Below, piece after piece: positions 1-13,400 of a stretch of DNA of 64,000 nucleotides. How positions within the stretch are numbered: position 1 is the first letter of the stretch; every line of letters starts with the position of its first letter. The DNA comes from Raillietiella orientalis. Its lineage: Eukaryota. The position numbers and the translations under genes are program-made. The stretch lies in NCBI GenBank assembly GCA_036172245.1, contig JAYWIR010000046.1:558001-622000 (forward strand). Reading direction: 5' to 3'. The notes beneath the pieces are model-generated. The model worked only from the letters and a program-made list of their open reading frames with translations. It made no database searches and was not told where the DNA came from.

Positions 1-2102
1 TTGGTTTTTATGGGATATTGCCGCACTGTTGATTTGAGTTGCTGCAGTTGAAAACTCAAAATTCCATTCTCACTTCTTTAAATCTTAGAACCATAATCCT
101 AATCTATCTAGTTCCTAATTTGTTAGAGGTACTCAAAACTAAAAAAAAATCGAAAATCTAATTCAGGAAAATAATGAAACCAAAAGCTTCATATTCTGTT
201 TAAACGAAGAAGAAAAATATTTTAGCAACAATTTCACTTTGTTCTGTATACTTCTCCAAGTTTTATAGGTCATATCCTTCCCCTAATGAGTGATTTCTTG
301 GACATCAGAAAATTGCAAAATTTCTTTGTGAAAAAGAACAAATATAATAGAGTCCTTAAGATCGTAATCTTACTTTACTATTGCTATGCTGTGGTCCAGC
401 AACAGCAATAATAAAAGAGAATTTGAACCTATCTTTCTTTTTGCCAGCTCTGATGATTCTAATTTTTACATGAACAACAATTCATCTGATTTGTCTCAGA
501 CATCCAATCCAGACATCGTTCATAAAAACTCTTTCCGAAAGATTGCAATATGATGAACTCGACTGTGTGCCAAGTTTTGCACATAAATAAAAGAAGAATA
601 GTCACTTTTCTTAGCAGAAAGAGTTCTTGTTCAAATATCATATAGAAACCGCAAATCCTACCTTTTTTGACATCCAGCATCAATCATTAAAACTTGAAAA
701 TACAATTGTAATGACTCAATGTTTGAATCTAGAGTTAATTAGTCGTTCATATCGTTAATTTCTTGTTTCAAGGTTGGTGTTATCAAAGGAAATAAACTAG
801 ATTTTGCATGTTTGACTTGAGATCATTATTTCAAAGCATAAGATCTACTGTGCCATTTATTACGTTACCTTCATTTTCTATGAGTGAGATAGACTAAACT
901 GATAATCAACTTCACCGCTTTTTTAAATAAGTTGTATGCAAATTCCAACTGAATACCTTTAGTCTATTTCACGGTTTTGCCACAAAAATTTGGTTTGATG
1001 TTGAAGCTCCGCTGCAACAATAAATGAAAGTTGTGCATGAGGAAACAAAAACATGGATGTTTTTGAGTATTTCCTGTGTATAAGCTGGTGATGCAATGCC
1101 TGAAAGGATTCAACATATGTTTACAGCTACAGTGATTTAGCATTTAGCAGATAAGAATGCACTTTAATGTTTCCAAGATCTCAATGGCTTTTCATTCTTT
1201 ATAATTTTTTCCGGCAAAGCACGTTCGATACAACTCACAACCAGCTCTTCCTATGGTTTCTGTGTTTAATGAGATGTATAATTCCACCTCATTCTATTAT
1301 TTTATTTTATTTGTTATTATTTATGTGTATTCAGGAGCATCGTTGAAATAGTGGCAAGACATTAAAATGCTTTATACACAATGTAAAATCCAATTCTGTT
1401 TGTTTGTTTCTATGTTTTGTATCTACTCAGATATCAAATTTTGTTATAATTGTATTAAGTCACTTCTTGTGATGTGTTCGAGGAATAGATTTAAGATATC
1501 TCCAAAAAGGAGTTGAATTCGCGAATATCGTACGTGATTAGCAGTGCAATGCTTGATTTTGCTGAAAGCAGGATAAATTCAAATTTACTCGTTCAACATT
1601 GTTCATTTGATTTTTTTGAGCTATGCATAAGCTTTTGTAATGAGCGAGACTAAGACTGATGTGTATAAGAGTAAATATTGATTATAAAGCAGACTTTGCT
1701 TACACAAGTCGTGTGCGTTGGAGGATGCAACTAGGATGCGTCGTTTTAATAAATTCAAGGGATTTACTATTCGCAATAGCGTACTCGCGCATGGTCACAT
1801 TTGACCCTCGGCCCGCACACTCATACTCGGTTCACTTGAATGCTTGAAACCGTTTTATTTATCAATACCATTCTGATATGCAATTCAAACGCTTGTTTGT
1901 AATTATGGAACCATGCAATAAGCCAGGTTGAAAAAATGTTAAAGATATAAGTAAGTATTTATTTTCTAAATGTGTGGTTTTAGTCATTTTCTAATGATTC
2001 AACCAAGTTTAATCAGTTTATGGTATCCTAAGCGGTGAAGGTATTCAATTCGTAATCTTAAAAAATTGCGACATTTGAGTATCAATGGTGTGAGTCGTTA
2101 AG

Positions 2103-2889
2103 ATGGTGGTTCATCAGGTGTGTGCTATTCCCACCATAACAGTTCGTAATATTTAGCCTATAACAAATTCCCAAGATAAACAGCTGTATTCATTTAATTC
2201 CTGCTATTTTGTTAAGCATTGCTTTTTACATTATTTTATACTACAGAGTGGGGTAAATTGCATGTTGTTGTGGGTGTAAGGGAAGTCTGTGGTAGTCCTT
2301 GTGTTGCAATTTTAGTCATCAGTATCATGGCCAGTTTAAACTTTCAATTTCTCTTTCCTTACTTATCTATTTTGTGCATAAATTAATGTATGAGTTTCAA
2401 AACCTTAATGCTCTATTTTACATTTATGTAAGGATTCCAGAGTAGATATATCTTTTGAGGATCAACAAAAAATAAATAAATTTGCTGAATTGAGTTTCAA
2501 ATTCATCACACTCAAAAATGATCTGAAGACAAAGGAAAATGAATTAAAAAATATTGAAGATGTTTGTGATGAGCTCACATTAATGGATGAATCTGATTCA
2601 GTACCATACTTATTAGGTGATGTGATCTTCTATGAGTCAGTTCCTGAAGTTCAGGCAAGTTACTAATTAGTAATTGAATAACATGATGGAAGGATTTTGC
2701 CTTGTATTTGAATGCATCTTTCTTTTTAAAATGCAGAAATTATTGCAAGAAAGTCAAAGTCAAATAGAAATTGAGGTTCATCGTTTAGAAGCAGAAGTTT
2801 CCAAAATGCAGAGTGTTATGCTCAGCCTTAAATCTCAATTATATGCCAAATTTGGTAATAATATTTATTTAGAATTAGAGGAAGAATAA
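2103..2889 (+). CDS. PFDN4: Prefoldin subunit 4, about 129 aa; exons 2103-2117 (tentative), 2433-2654, 2737-2889
   Basis: Spliced translation MVVHQ|DSRVDISFEDQQKINKFAELS...LKNIEDVCDELTLMDESDSVPYLLGDVIF...VQ|KLLQESQ...LKSQLYAKFGNNIYLELEEE*. It carries the PFDN4 hallmarks FEDQQKINKF and LYAKFGxNIxLE. Both introns are phase 0. The first exon is a best guess (ATG...CAG|GTGTGT). Confidence 0.93.
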
Positions 2890-4270
2890 AGTAATAAAAG
2901 CTTCATGAATTTTTATGCAATTTAAAACAAATTCAGATAAAAATTTCCATGTACATGATAGTATACATTATAAATAGTTAATCCCATTTTATGCTTAACT
3001 CCCAGAAAATGTTTTGTTTAATTAAAATCATGACTATACCAATAAATCTAAAGCATTTTTGTACCCTAACTGACAATCAGGATTGATTCACATTCATGCA
3101 ACATTGCAAGATAAGTGTATTCACTACATGTTTACATTACTAGTAGTGATATATTCAGCACCTTTATTTGTATTTGTTTTATTGACAATAAATTGTTGGA
3201 ACATCATAATTTTCAAATAATGAAGTCTTGCTACAGGTGCCTAAACTTTAAACTTACTTAAGTAACCTAAATTAAGAGATTCCTTTCATGCAATTCTATA
3301 ACTAAAGGCAATAAGAATTATGATTTGGAATTAGAAGTTTAGTTCGTTTTCCATGATTGAATGCAATGAAATCTAAGACAGTAAGTATAAATACCTAAAT
3401 TGCTTTTGGAGCGCTTAGAAAAATCACTTTCAGAAAATTACTAGAACCTCAAATAATGAAATTTACCTTCTGGAGGAAATGTAGTTCAATTCACATTTGA
3501 ATCAGCAACAACAATCAGTTTCTTTCGATCCTGACATTCCTTTGCCTGAGGGGGAATGATGTTATTCATTTCATTGTCATCTACTTTTCACATACATGGA
3601 AGAACACAAGTTGTAACAGTTTATTCTCGAATTGTTCGATCTTAATCCCACCTATGCTTCCAGTTTTCTATTCCAAGAGCTTATTAAACAGTTATTTAGA
3701 TTGTCCACTTTTTTCAATCGCAAATATACTAGTAGACCATGTTCTTCCTTTAACATGTACTTTTCTTCCTCAAAATTCCTATTTATTACTTAGTAATAAA
3801 TGCCTTTTTCTTTACAGAATACTCCTAAAATTTACACTATACTTTAAGATCTAAGCTTTCTCAGGTAACAATATTTTTCTGGATCACTCTTCACTTGAAA
3901 TAGGAATAGATTCCATTTCATGTGCGAAATAAATCTTTTTCATATACTAGTATTTCTTTGTAGTTGCATGATTCCAATAAGCCAAATTAACACGTGGAAT
4001 TTAAAAATCACACTTGATTTTGAGGATATCCATTACTGTTTCTTGATTATCTTTAGATCCAGCCATCATGTCCACTTCATTGTATAAGAGCATAAGTGTA
4101 TACATTAAAACTATCAAGATGACCGTATTTTTATCACCCAACAGATGACATCTGAAAATTTAGTCCTTTCATTTTAACAAGGTTTATTTCATCTCAATAT
4201 TTTTCTACGTCAATTAAAAAGATACATCACAGTCAACTATCAACTGATGATTCTGATTGTCAAATGCTCC

Positions 4271-4425
4271 TACTTCAGCTATATAAAATCTAGCATGCTC
4301 ATAACACCTAGTGCATAATACCTGACTACAAAATATCATCAAACAAAATATCATACTTCAGCTATATAAAATCTAGCATGCTCATAACACCTAGTGCATA
4401 ATACCTGACTACAAAATATCATCAA
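4271..4425. repeat. Exact 72-bp direct duplication (4271-4342, 4354-4425) with an 11-nt spacer
   Basis: TACTTCAGCT...AAATATCATCAA occurs twice. The spacer ACAAAATATCA copies 4328-4338. Confidence 0.95.
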
Positions 4426-5551
4426 TCATTTAAAATCTCTGTATAGATAAATAACTTGAATAATCCAGGATTGTATACTTCAGAAATATGCTGCACAACG
4501 ATACCATCGGGTGCCCAGAAATGCAAATGATTAATTACCAGTTTGGACACTGATGCATAATTCCATGAACCTATTTTGCTTGTTTACTAATGTCTCGTGA
4601 ATGGTAAAGAATGTCTTCATCACAAGCCAATGCTGCCAGACATAATTCATGAAAACTTCTGAAGTATTTATTTCGGTTGTAAAATACAACCGAAATAAAT
4701 AGCATTACGCTAAAGTAAAAAATAAAAAAATGAAATTATGTAATTTAGTAAAATTAGTTTTATTTTCTAGTTTGTATAAACTGTAAAATTTACTATTTTG
4801 ACTTTATTTTGCTATATTCTGCAACATGCAATCTCAGACTATCATGCAGTTCCTTGTTGAGAATTGTAAGCATTCTAGAAAGACATCTTGAAATATTTGA
4901 TCGTCCACACATATTGAAGGACAAAAGGAATTATAGAAAAACTGCAACTTTTATGAAAGTTTAACATTCCATGACATTTCAAGTTTGTTTTTTGCTTCAT
5001 GTTGCATTGAATCATCCTATTATTTCAATCATCTCTATGAAACCTGACCAGTTTCCACTTAACTAATGACCAGTTTCATACTTTTTCTATGCTATTAGTA
5101 TTTTAAATAATTCTCAGTGGTAAAGGCAAACTTTGTTGCTGTGAATAGCAATTTGACATTACCTAACTGTAGCAAAGTTGATTCCACTTTCTTCTTAATA
5201 AGCAAACTAAAACTAAATCAACATTCAACAATCAACACTTTTAAAAAGAATCAAATAATTACTCCAAAACAATTTTCTTGTTTAACAAAATAACAGAACC
5301 ACAACTGTTTTTCCCTGTTACAATTTTTTTAAATACCAAAAATGACAATTTGATCTTACATTTTGTACATTCAAATGTTTAACACAAAAATCATCAAATA
5401 CATCATGCATGTGCATCTGGTTTCTTTATGAATAGTTGTTGCATTCCTTTAAACCTATATTATTGCATGTGGCTGTTTCATCCATCACCTTCTGGATGGA
5501 TGCAATGATTGAATTACATCCCATACCTAATACATTACAATATCATTACAT

Positions 5552-8500
5552 TTAATTTAATGCAGTCTTATCAATATTGTTGGAAACACTTTCTTCCTTT
5601 TCATGGATAAGTAAATGCGTTTTGATTTTACTTTTTTGAATAGTCTGGTAAGAGCACAAATGGCATGTGTACATATTGTTATCCATATCTGGATGGTACT
5701 TGCTCAAATGGGACTTATAACTGTAACTCTGTATGGCAGAATATGAGCAATGAGGGCACTTGTAAGAATAAATGCCAGAATGTTTTTGCTGATGTCGGCG
5801 TAGAGAATTTAAATCAGCTGTGCGATATAAACACTGGGTACACTGAAAGGGCTTTTCCCTTGTGTGAGTACGCAAATGAAGTTCATGGGCATATTTTGTT
5901 GCTGAGGAGTGACCACATGATGAACATGTGAAAGGACGCAGCCTTTCATGAACCATACGTAAGTGATTTTGATAAGCCCGTTGTGATGAGTATGTTCTCT
6001 GACATAGTTCACAAAATTGGGATCGCCGGCTTCCTGGAAGACATTGTCTTTCAGCTAATGGAAGATGCACCACATGATGATTCAACAACTGAGTTGCTTG
6101 AGTGAACTGTTTGCCACATATCAAGCAAGCATGTTTCCTTTCGGACATATGTATTTGCTGATGTAAGCAAAGACGGGCCTTTGTATTTGCCCAATACCTG
6201 TGGCAAATAGAACATTCCAATAAACCAACAACAATCCTAGAAACATATATTAACTTCAAAAAACTTTAATCACATAACTTACTGATGTGCTTGGCATAGA
6301 TGCTTAGCACACTGGGGCCATTTTGGAGAGTAAAACTGGCAAAGAATACATTTGAAACGGCATGATGGTTTCTCAGAATTAACATGACAATTCATATGTA
6401 TTTGCATTTCTCTTGTGCTTGAGAACTTAAATCTACAGTTCTGAAATTTGCATCTTTGACAGATAACTTAAGATTTCGATCAATCAATAATTTACTTCAA
6501 TTTTTCGTCGAGAAATCTCTTTTGCTCCCAAAGTGTAGTTTTGAAATCTGCATCAATCTCGTCCAAAAATACGGAATTATTCACTTTCGGTGTTTTTTCT
6601 CGCATGCTTCTTTCAGGCGATTGTATACGAATATCATTTGGTATTTTTGTAATTGTAACTAGAAGAAGTGGCTTCGCTGAGTCACCTTGGACTTTGGTCA
6701 TAGACTACAAAACAATACAGTAGCAATAAAAAAAAGAAATTCAAAATACAGTAGCAGACTAGCAAACCAAACTAAATAAAAATGCTCCTCTATGCATTAG
6801 TAGGATGTAAACAAGAGAGTAGGGAGCATGACAAATGCTGTTTCAAGAAAAACAAACATGAAAATGAAACATTTTTTTAGACATTTTTTGAGACTGGTGG
6901 TGATAATTAATTTGTTGGTATTATCTGCTGGAAATATATAACAGCATGCTGCCAGTCCCTTCAAAAGAGAAGGAATCAATAAAAACTAAAGCTGATGGTA
7001 CAAGATTTAGAATATTAATGTTATTGCAGTTTTTAAAATATTTTTCCATCCTTTCTATTTTTGGTTATTTAAAAGATACAACTTTAAGAATGGAAACAAA
7101 TGTGTATTTACATTGGAAATAAGTGAATATATTCATGAAACCTTATCTGAGCAACATGCCTGTAACTTTTAATTATTTTTGCCAATTTAAAGGTATCCAT
7201 TTGCCTTCAACACATAGAAAGTGCTTCAACTAGTAATTCAACAGCATTCCCAAGAGAACGCATGATTTATAATACTAAACAGATTGGGTTCTCCCAGTTA
7301 ATGTTCAGAGGTCTTTCATTGCCACAGTCATTTCATTAAATTTCACTTTCACATTACCAGTTCGTTAAGTAATCAGAATTATTCTAAAAACTGTGAACTG
7401 TTTGCTTTTATTTATATAAAAATTAGCATTAGCAAAAATACAGAATATATGGTGGAAATATAAAATAACATTTGAGCTTGAGGTCATTTCTGACATTCAA
7501 ATATTTAATCAAAAGAAAAACTAGAATTACTTTGATCATTCAGTCTTATTTATGAGTCCCATTTATGGGTCTTGAAGTCCCTGTCTACAATAAATACGTG
7601 CTTAACTCAAGTTATCCATTTATACTGTTAGCAGCTATGACATGCAATTTTATTTCATGGAATAGAAAATAAATTTTAATTGTTGGCTGTTCCCCCAAGG
7701 TTATTTTTTGATTGAAGAAAGACTAGACTTACATTCAGCATGAGATCAAAATAAAAATTAGTTCAACTTAATGAAAATGTACCAGGTGAAAAGACTATTT
7801 GAAGAGATACAAATAAGAATCATTAATAAACTTGAATCGAAAACAATTATCAGTCTGTATGGACACGTCTGTTAATAAAGCAATGAATTAAATACTTGAT
7901 TAGTTTAATTAAATGACTTCTTATTATGACAAAAGAAGTCTTTGGTCATTGATATCTCTTTACAAACTATTTCTAGACCATGTTTACATACAGTTTTTCA
8001 ATCAGTTTGGCACTTCTGATTGAATGAAGACAAAATCGATACTAAATCAAAACATTATTACCTTCTACATGAAACATCAGTTTAGTTACCTATAAATCTC
8101 AGAAAAAATAAACACAACACCATTTACGTAAGACCTAAGTTATTACTGAAGGCTGTAATTAGGAATTTACAATGACATATAAGTGTGGTGACAAAAAACA
8201 CGAATTCAACAGAATTCCACTTATATGGCTTGCCTCTGCATCTATATGAATAAGGAGCACAGAAACTGAAACGCATTTTTTTTCCTTCCAGATTTGATCC
8301 ATAAGAACTCTGCTCAAGCTGAATTAAATTTACATGATTCAGAAAGTTCATTTCAAACATCAATATTACAAACTGGATATTTTGGGCAATAGTAAACATT
8401 AATTCCCTTCTTTCAACGTTCACATGTATGTTCTCAATTTCTTCTCAGTTTCATCTAACTACTTAAAATTGCTCTTTCACAAGTATTTTGGAAGTGGTTC

Positions 8501-11500
8501 TTGTATCTGAAGGCACATGATTTGTGTACTCTAAACTTCCCTAATGTTAACAACGGTTAAAAAAAGCAAAAACAAACAAACTGAGAATCTCATGAGTCAC
8601 ATGTGATTCTCCAACAGACTGTTTTTGTTAAAAAAATCTACATCAATAAGACTAAATGTATCAAACCTTAGAAATGAAATCTTACTGATTTGTGACATTT
8701 AATTTTAGAGATAGAATCGAAGGCTTCACTAATTAATGAAACATAACTGATATAATTTTCCTTGACTTCCTTGCTTATTTAATTTTCTAAACATTTCATA
8801 AAATTAATCTCCATGTCTTGCTTTTATGATGAAGCATAAGTTCAAATTATTCATGATGACATCAGTTTTTGTAGCATACTGATAAGTATAGCTGAAAAAC
8901 TAGAACAAATTGAAAGTAAGTGAAAGTCAGGAAATCGAAAAGCAATTATTTTCATAACAGTATATGCTTTTTCTCTGGCAACCAACATTCAATAAATCAT
9001 GATGCCAGCATAATTTATCAAACATAATAAAGAACAGTTGAATTAATTAAGCTGGAATGGAGTTGGTTTGGTTGGTTTTAATCTGGAGAAACTCATGATT
9101 TATACAAGAAATACGATCAAGGACTTACAACATATTCTCATGATAATATTTTAAAACTCATATAAATTAGTCACTCAAATAACTAAAGCAGAAAAATTTG
9201 AAAGTCTAATGAGCGAAAGGAATGCTATGATCACTCCATCAAGTGACAAAACTAATTTCTATCAAAATCTAAACAATCATATGATATTCCTATTTCATAA
9301 AGATAATTTTGCTCAGAAAGAATTGCTAGCATTGATTTCAAAAAAGCTTCATTGAATATTAATTCAACACACACCAATTCTGTTTGATACAGGAACAGTG
9401 GAACTATTACATGGACCTAACAATTTTGTAATGGTCACATATTTCTTCAATGTGACATGCTGTTTCAAAAAGCATGGAATCAAAATGATCTTTTGTAACA
9501 AATATATTACGCAAACAATGAATTAATCTGTAAACATTTTTGTAAGAAAGCACCATAATCACTAATTTAGGAAAGTGAATAATAAGATGCAATAAGAGGG
9601 GTTGAATCGCTGATGACATTACAACTTTGAACACTCTCAGATTACACATACTGTTTAAAAAGAATTTTGGATATGAAGAAATTAAACAAATTATGATTGC
9701 ATTCATAAAAGAAACTCACGCCTACAAAATATAAAGAAAATCTATTAAAAAGGGTAATTTTAATAAAGTCTATGTAAATTTCCTATCATAAAGTCATGAT
9801 ACAGCATTTGCTTTTTGAGTCAGCTACTTCTTATATAGGCTTCCTATCTTACAGCTGAGTATTCAAAGTGAAACAATGATCTGTAAAACTGGGAGAAATG
9901 CTTTAACTGGTATCTTCCTTCCTTCTTTTTTTTTTTTTTTTCAAACATCACTTTAAGTATTTTATTTGATATTTTCAATCAAGATGGAACAGGAATTTCA
10001 ATTTAAAACACTGGAAACAATGTGGCTTTCAATAACTGATATAAATGCTACAATGTAAATGAATAACCAATAATCTATCAAAAAGATTACTAGGATTTCA
10101 TGCATATGCTTAAATGTTAAAATAAACATTTTTAATAGTTGGCTATTTTATCATATATGCATAAAAGCACAAAAAATCTCCAAATGTCATAGGGACAAAT
10201 TCAACACTGTCAAACACCCAAATCCTAGACTTATGATCATTAAGTAGCAATACTTTAAAAATTTATTTTTAATAACACGCAGGTTTCAGTTAAATTTCTC
10301 AGTTCCGTAGATCTTTTAACTGTTATTACTATATTCATATGAATTTCAAAGATTTTTTTTGTGATTTACAAAGTACCCTAAAAATCACTATAACCAACTT
10401 AACAAAAGGAAACAAAAAATCATGTTGTGCTTTATATGCTGTATTTCACCTGATTTTCTTCAAAATAATATTTCATGATCTGCATTGAATGAATCAACAA
10501 CTTTGCTATTTTTGATTGATTAATTTATTCCATTAGCAATTAAATACGTTGCACAATTTTTAATGTGAACATCTAAATCGATATACAGAATGTGCCTATA
10601 TAACTTGTTAATTAAAATGCATTAATGAATACATCGGTTATTAATAACATTAACATAATTTCACATTAATCAATCATAAGAATCTTTACAAAAATGTGCT
10701 TTCAAGTTCTTAGCAAATACAAAAGTACTATTACACATTTCATTTAAATTTTTCATTAAATATCATTACCTTCAAGCATAATGAGAAAAATAAAACCTGA
10801 ACACAACTCAAAACATACAATCTGTATGCTAGAATTATTCAATCTTTGAGTCTCAGTGCATACTTATACATGCAACTTTGTTTTACATACAACGCTTCAT
10901 ATAAAAGCATTGCATTTGAAGCAATCTTTGAAAGGAATACCTGATGCATCTGTGTTTTGTTTTGATAGCTACATATTTCTCCATTACTTTCACTACATTT
11001 TCGATGAAAACTGATGAAAACCTTTCCTGCCTTGCATATTTGAATTAAACTGCTGACAACAGTTGGAGATCCTCTATTTCCGTTCTCATGATGAATAAAT
11101 TAAAAAACAATCTCTCTCACACAGACGACTTTGAAAATTAAATGAAAACAGTAATATTATACTATCAAACTGATGGTATTATTATGAAACTGAGGTTAAT
11201 GAACTAATATGAACAACAAAGACAACAGAGTATAGATCCTGATAGCAACAGAATTCTAGCATTTTTCTCGCTATATGGTGGTTAAAAGGTTACAAGCCTT
11301 TGGAGACAAAATTGGGCTGAAAATGGTAATATGCTGGTAACTATACTTTTATGGAACTCTAACTTGCGCCTTTCTCTACTCCAGTTTTCTAAGATAATCA
11401 TAAGTTGATACATTTTCAGGAATATATTTATACATGAACAAATGTGCAATGCTAGTCATAGAATATATTTTTTAAATCAAATCTAACGCTACAATCAAAT

Positions 11501-12236
11501 GGAAACACAGAACACAATTTTTAACTCAGAAAGACATATCAATCAAAAAAACAGTAATCCACAATAAGCTTGTTATACTTCAAATAGATTTTTTCCTGAG
11601 GTGAATATGGAATCAATATTTACTTTTTTTTTTTTACAAACTCTTCAATGGGATTACTCCTATACGATAACCTGGATAAGTTTAGGGAGATCTTATATAA
11701 AGCTTTATAAATACTGCTTAATTTAATAAAACAATATATGGGTTACAAAAAAAACAACCAACGAATTCTTAAACCAAAAACTACTCTTCACTTGTATTCA
11801 AATATCAAAATAGGCTGAAAATTCATGCAAGCATTACCATATGTTTGGAGTGAACATGTTCAGTTACATCACATTCCGATTCAAAATGTCTATGACACAT
11901 TTTACACTGAAAAACTTTCACTCCTGTTGATACAGAATCAACATCAATTGAAATATTTGATTTCTTCTCTTTTCTCTTTTCTCTAATTTCTTCACAAGAA
12001 CTTTTATTTTTCAGAGAAGTATTACACTCATTAATCACACTTTCAGTTTCCTTGCATGAATTAGATATATCTCTGTTTTTTTTTGACGGAGAAAGGTTGT
12101 CACTACCGCACACATCTATTATGAAATACTTTTTTGTGGTAGGGTCGATAATTTCGATTTGGCCTGTCTCTTCCAGTTTTTTCAGGAAGGCATCAACGTC
12201 AATTTTGTCATTAATGGAAGCATTATTTACTTTCAT
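5552..12236 (-). CDS. Multi-C2H2 zinc-finger protein, about 487 aa; exons 12236-11838, 6704-6496, 6453-6283, 6236-5552
   Basis: GT-AG junctions give one phase-consistent frame (399+209+171+685 nt). Fingers include CKMCHRHFESECDVTEHVHSKH, CKFQNCRFKFSSTREMQIHMNCH, CLICGKQF...HHVVH and CTQCLYRTADLNSLRRHQQKH, with an HTREKPFQC linker. Extra exons in the 5-kb intron or upstream cannot be excluded. Confidence 0.88.
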
Positions 12237-13119
12237 ACTTACTTCATAGGAATGTGCTTCTTACCTCACTGTAAAATCATTTCCTATAAATGATCGGGGA
12301 AAACATGCATTTCAGCGATGGTTTGTTGCGCACAATGTACGTACAAAACACATAATAAATTCAGGAAAGAGTCACGTTTTTTCAACTCGCTCGCAAAGAA
12401 GCTTTTACAAATTTGTTTCGTAGTAAACAAGCTACCCACTTGAACTTAACCAAAAAAACTCTTTAATTCATTTCAATTGTCTTATTTTTCAATCAGAAAA
12501 TAGAATTTCCTTATATATACAAAAATAGTTTCCTTATATATACTCCGTGTAAAATTTACAGCTTTCTACTTTTATCGATAATTTTTTTGTTTCGCAAAGT
12601 TCAAATGAATAAATTAAATGCTTGATAACGATAATATGCAAAAACCATCTTAAAATAAAATAACTGCTTTCTCGCTGAATTCCTCAGATATAATTAGTAT
12701 TGGATATCAGTAATAGCCCCCGTGCTTGAAATTCATACTATGTAATAGGTATCTAAACTTCTGGAAGATCAAAAACTATTTCCTCGTTTTTTCACGTGTT
12801 AATGAATTATTTCCACTTTTAAAACATGATTAATATGTGAAACCTAGTTTCACATAATATATGCACGTTAATTTGCTGTTTTGTTATCTAGACATTTAGA
12901 CTCGTTTTGGGGAATACATTGTTTGTCGATCCAAATAATGTGAAACTCTATTTGCAATAGATATGCCAATCTTTACTGTAATCGAATAAGATTCTTTAAG
13001 ATTTAATTCTTGAGAAATAATCTTTAGGAAGAATTTAATGACTTATAAACTTCAATATTTGAAATGCAATAACGAACAGACCATTTGTAATACTAAATTT
13101 TCCTGTGGAGATATTGAAT

Positions 13120-13400
13120 CCTTTTGATTTTTTTCGTTAACGTGGGACTTGTTAGAGTTGATTTACAAGGTGCTGGACTTTTGTTGAGCATGTTTCCAGA
13201 TAGAAAGATATCTCTATTTCCATTTCCGTGTTGTTTCATTATAATTAATCAGGTAGAAACTACTTGTTTGAGTCATTCTTCAAACAGGAAAACAAATTCA
13301 TTCAAACTTTTATTGAAATTTCAAGAATGAATCACCGACTGTCAAATTCTTTTCTTCCGGTTTAGCGAGTCACTTGGAAATAAGACTACTTTATTAACTT
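13120..13400 (+). mobile_element. Possible decayed BEL/Pao integrase fragment
   Basis: NVGLVRVDLQGAGLL...KISLFPFPCC...TNSFKLLLKF loosely follows the BEL/Pao pattern GVDFAGP...ICLFTC...STxSFLxAL. Weak match. Confidence 0.3.

Noticed and set aside
200..690. Possible LINE endonuclease remnants here and at about 19560-19760, 35900-36310 and 63660-63950; integrase-like SDNGKFF near 22480
   Set aside because: Only one or two degenerate motifs each, too weak to annotate without a search.
12573..12580. DRE motif TATCGATA upstream of the zinc-finger gene
   Set aside because: A single AT-rich 8-mer that also occurs at 15926 in a non-promoter context; not supportable alone.
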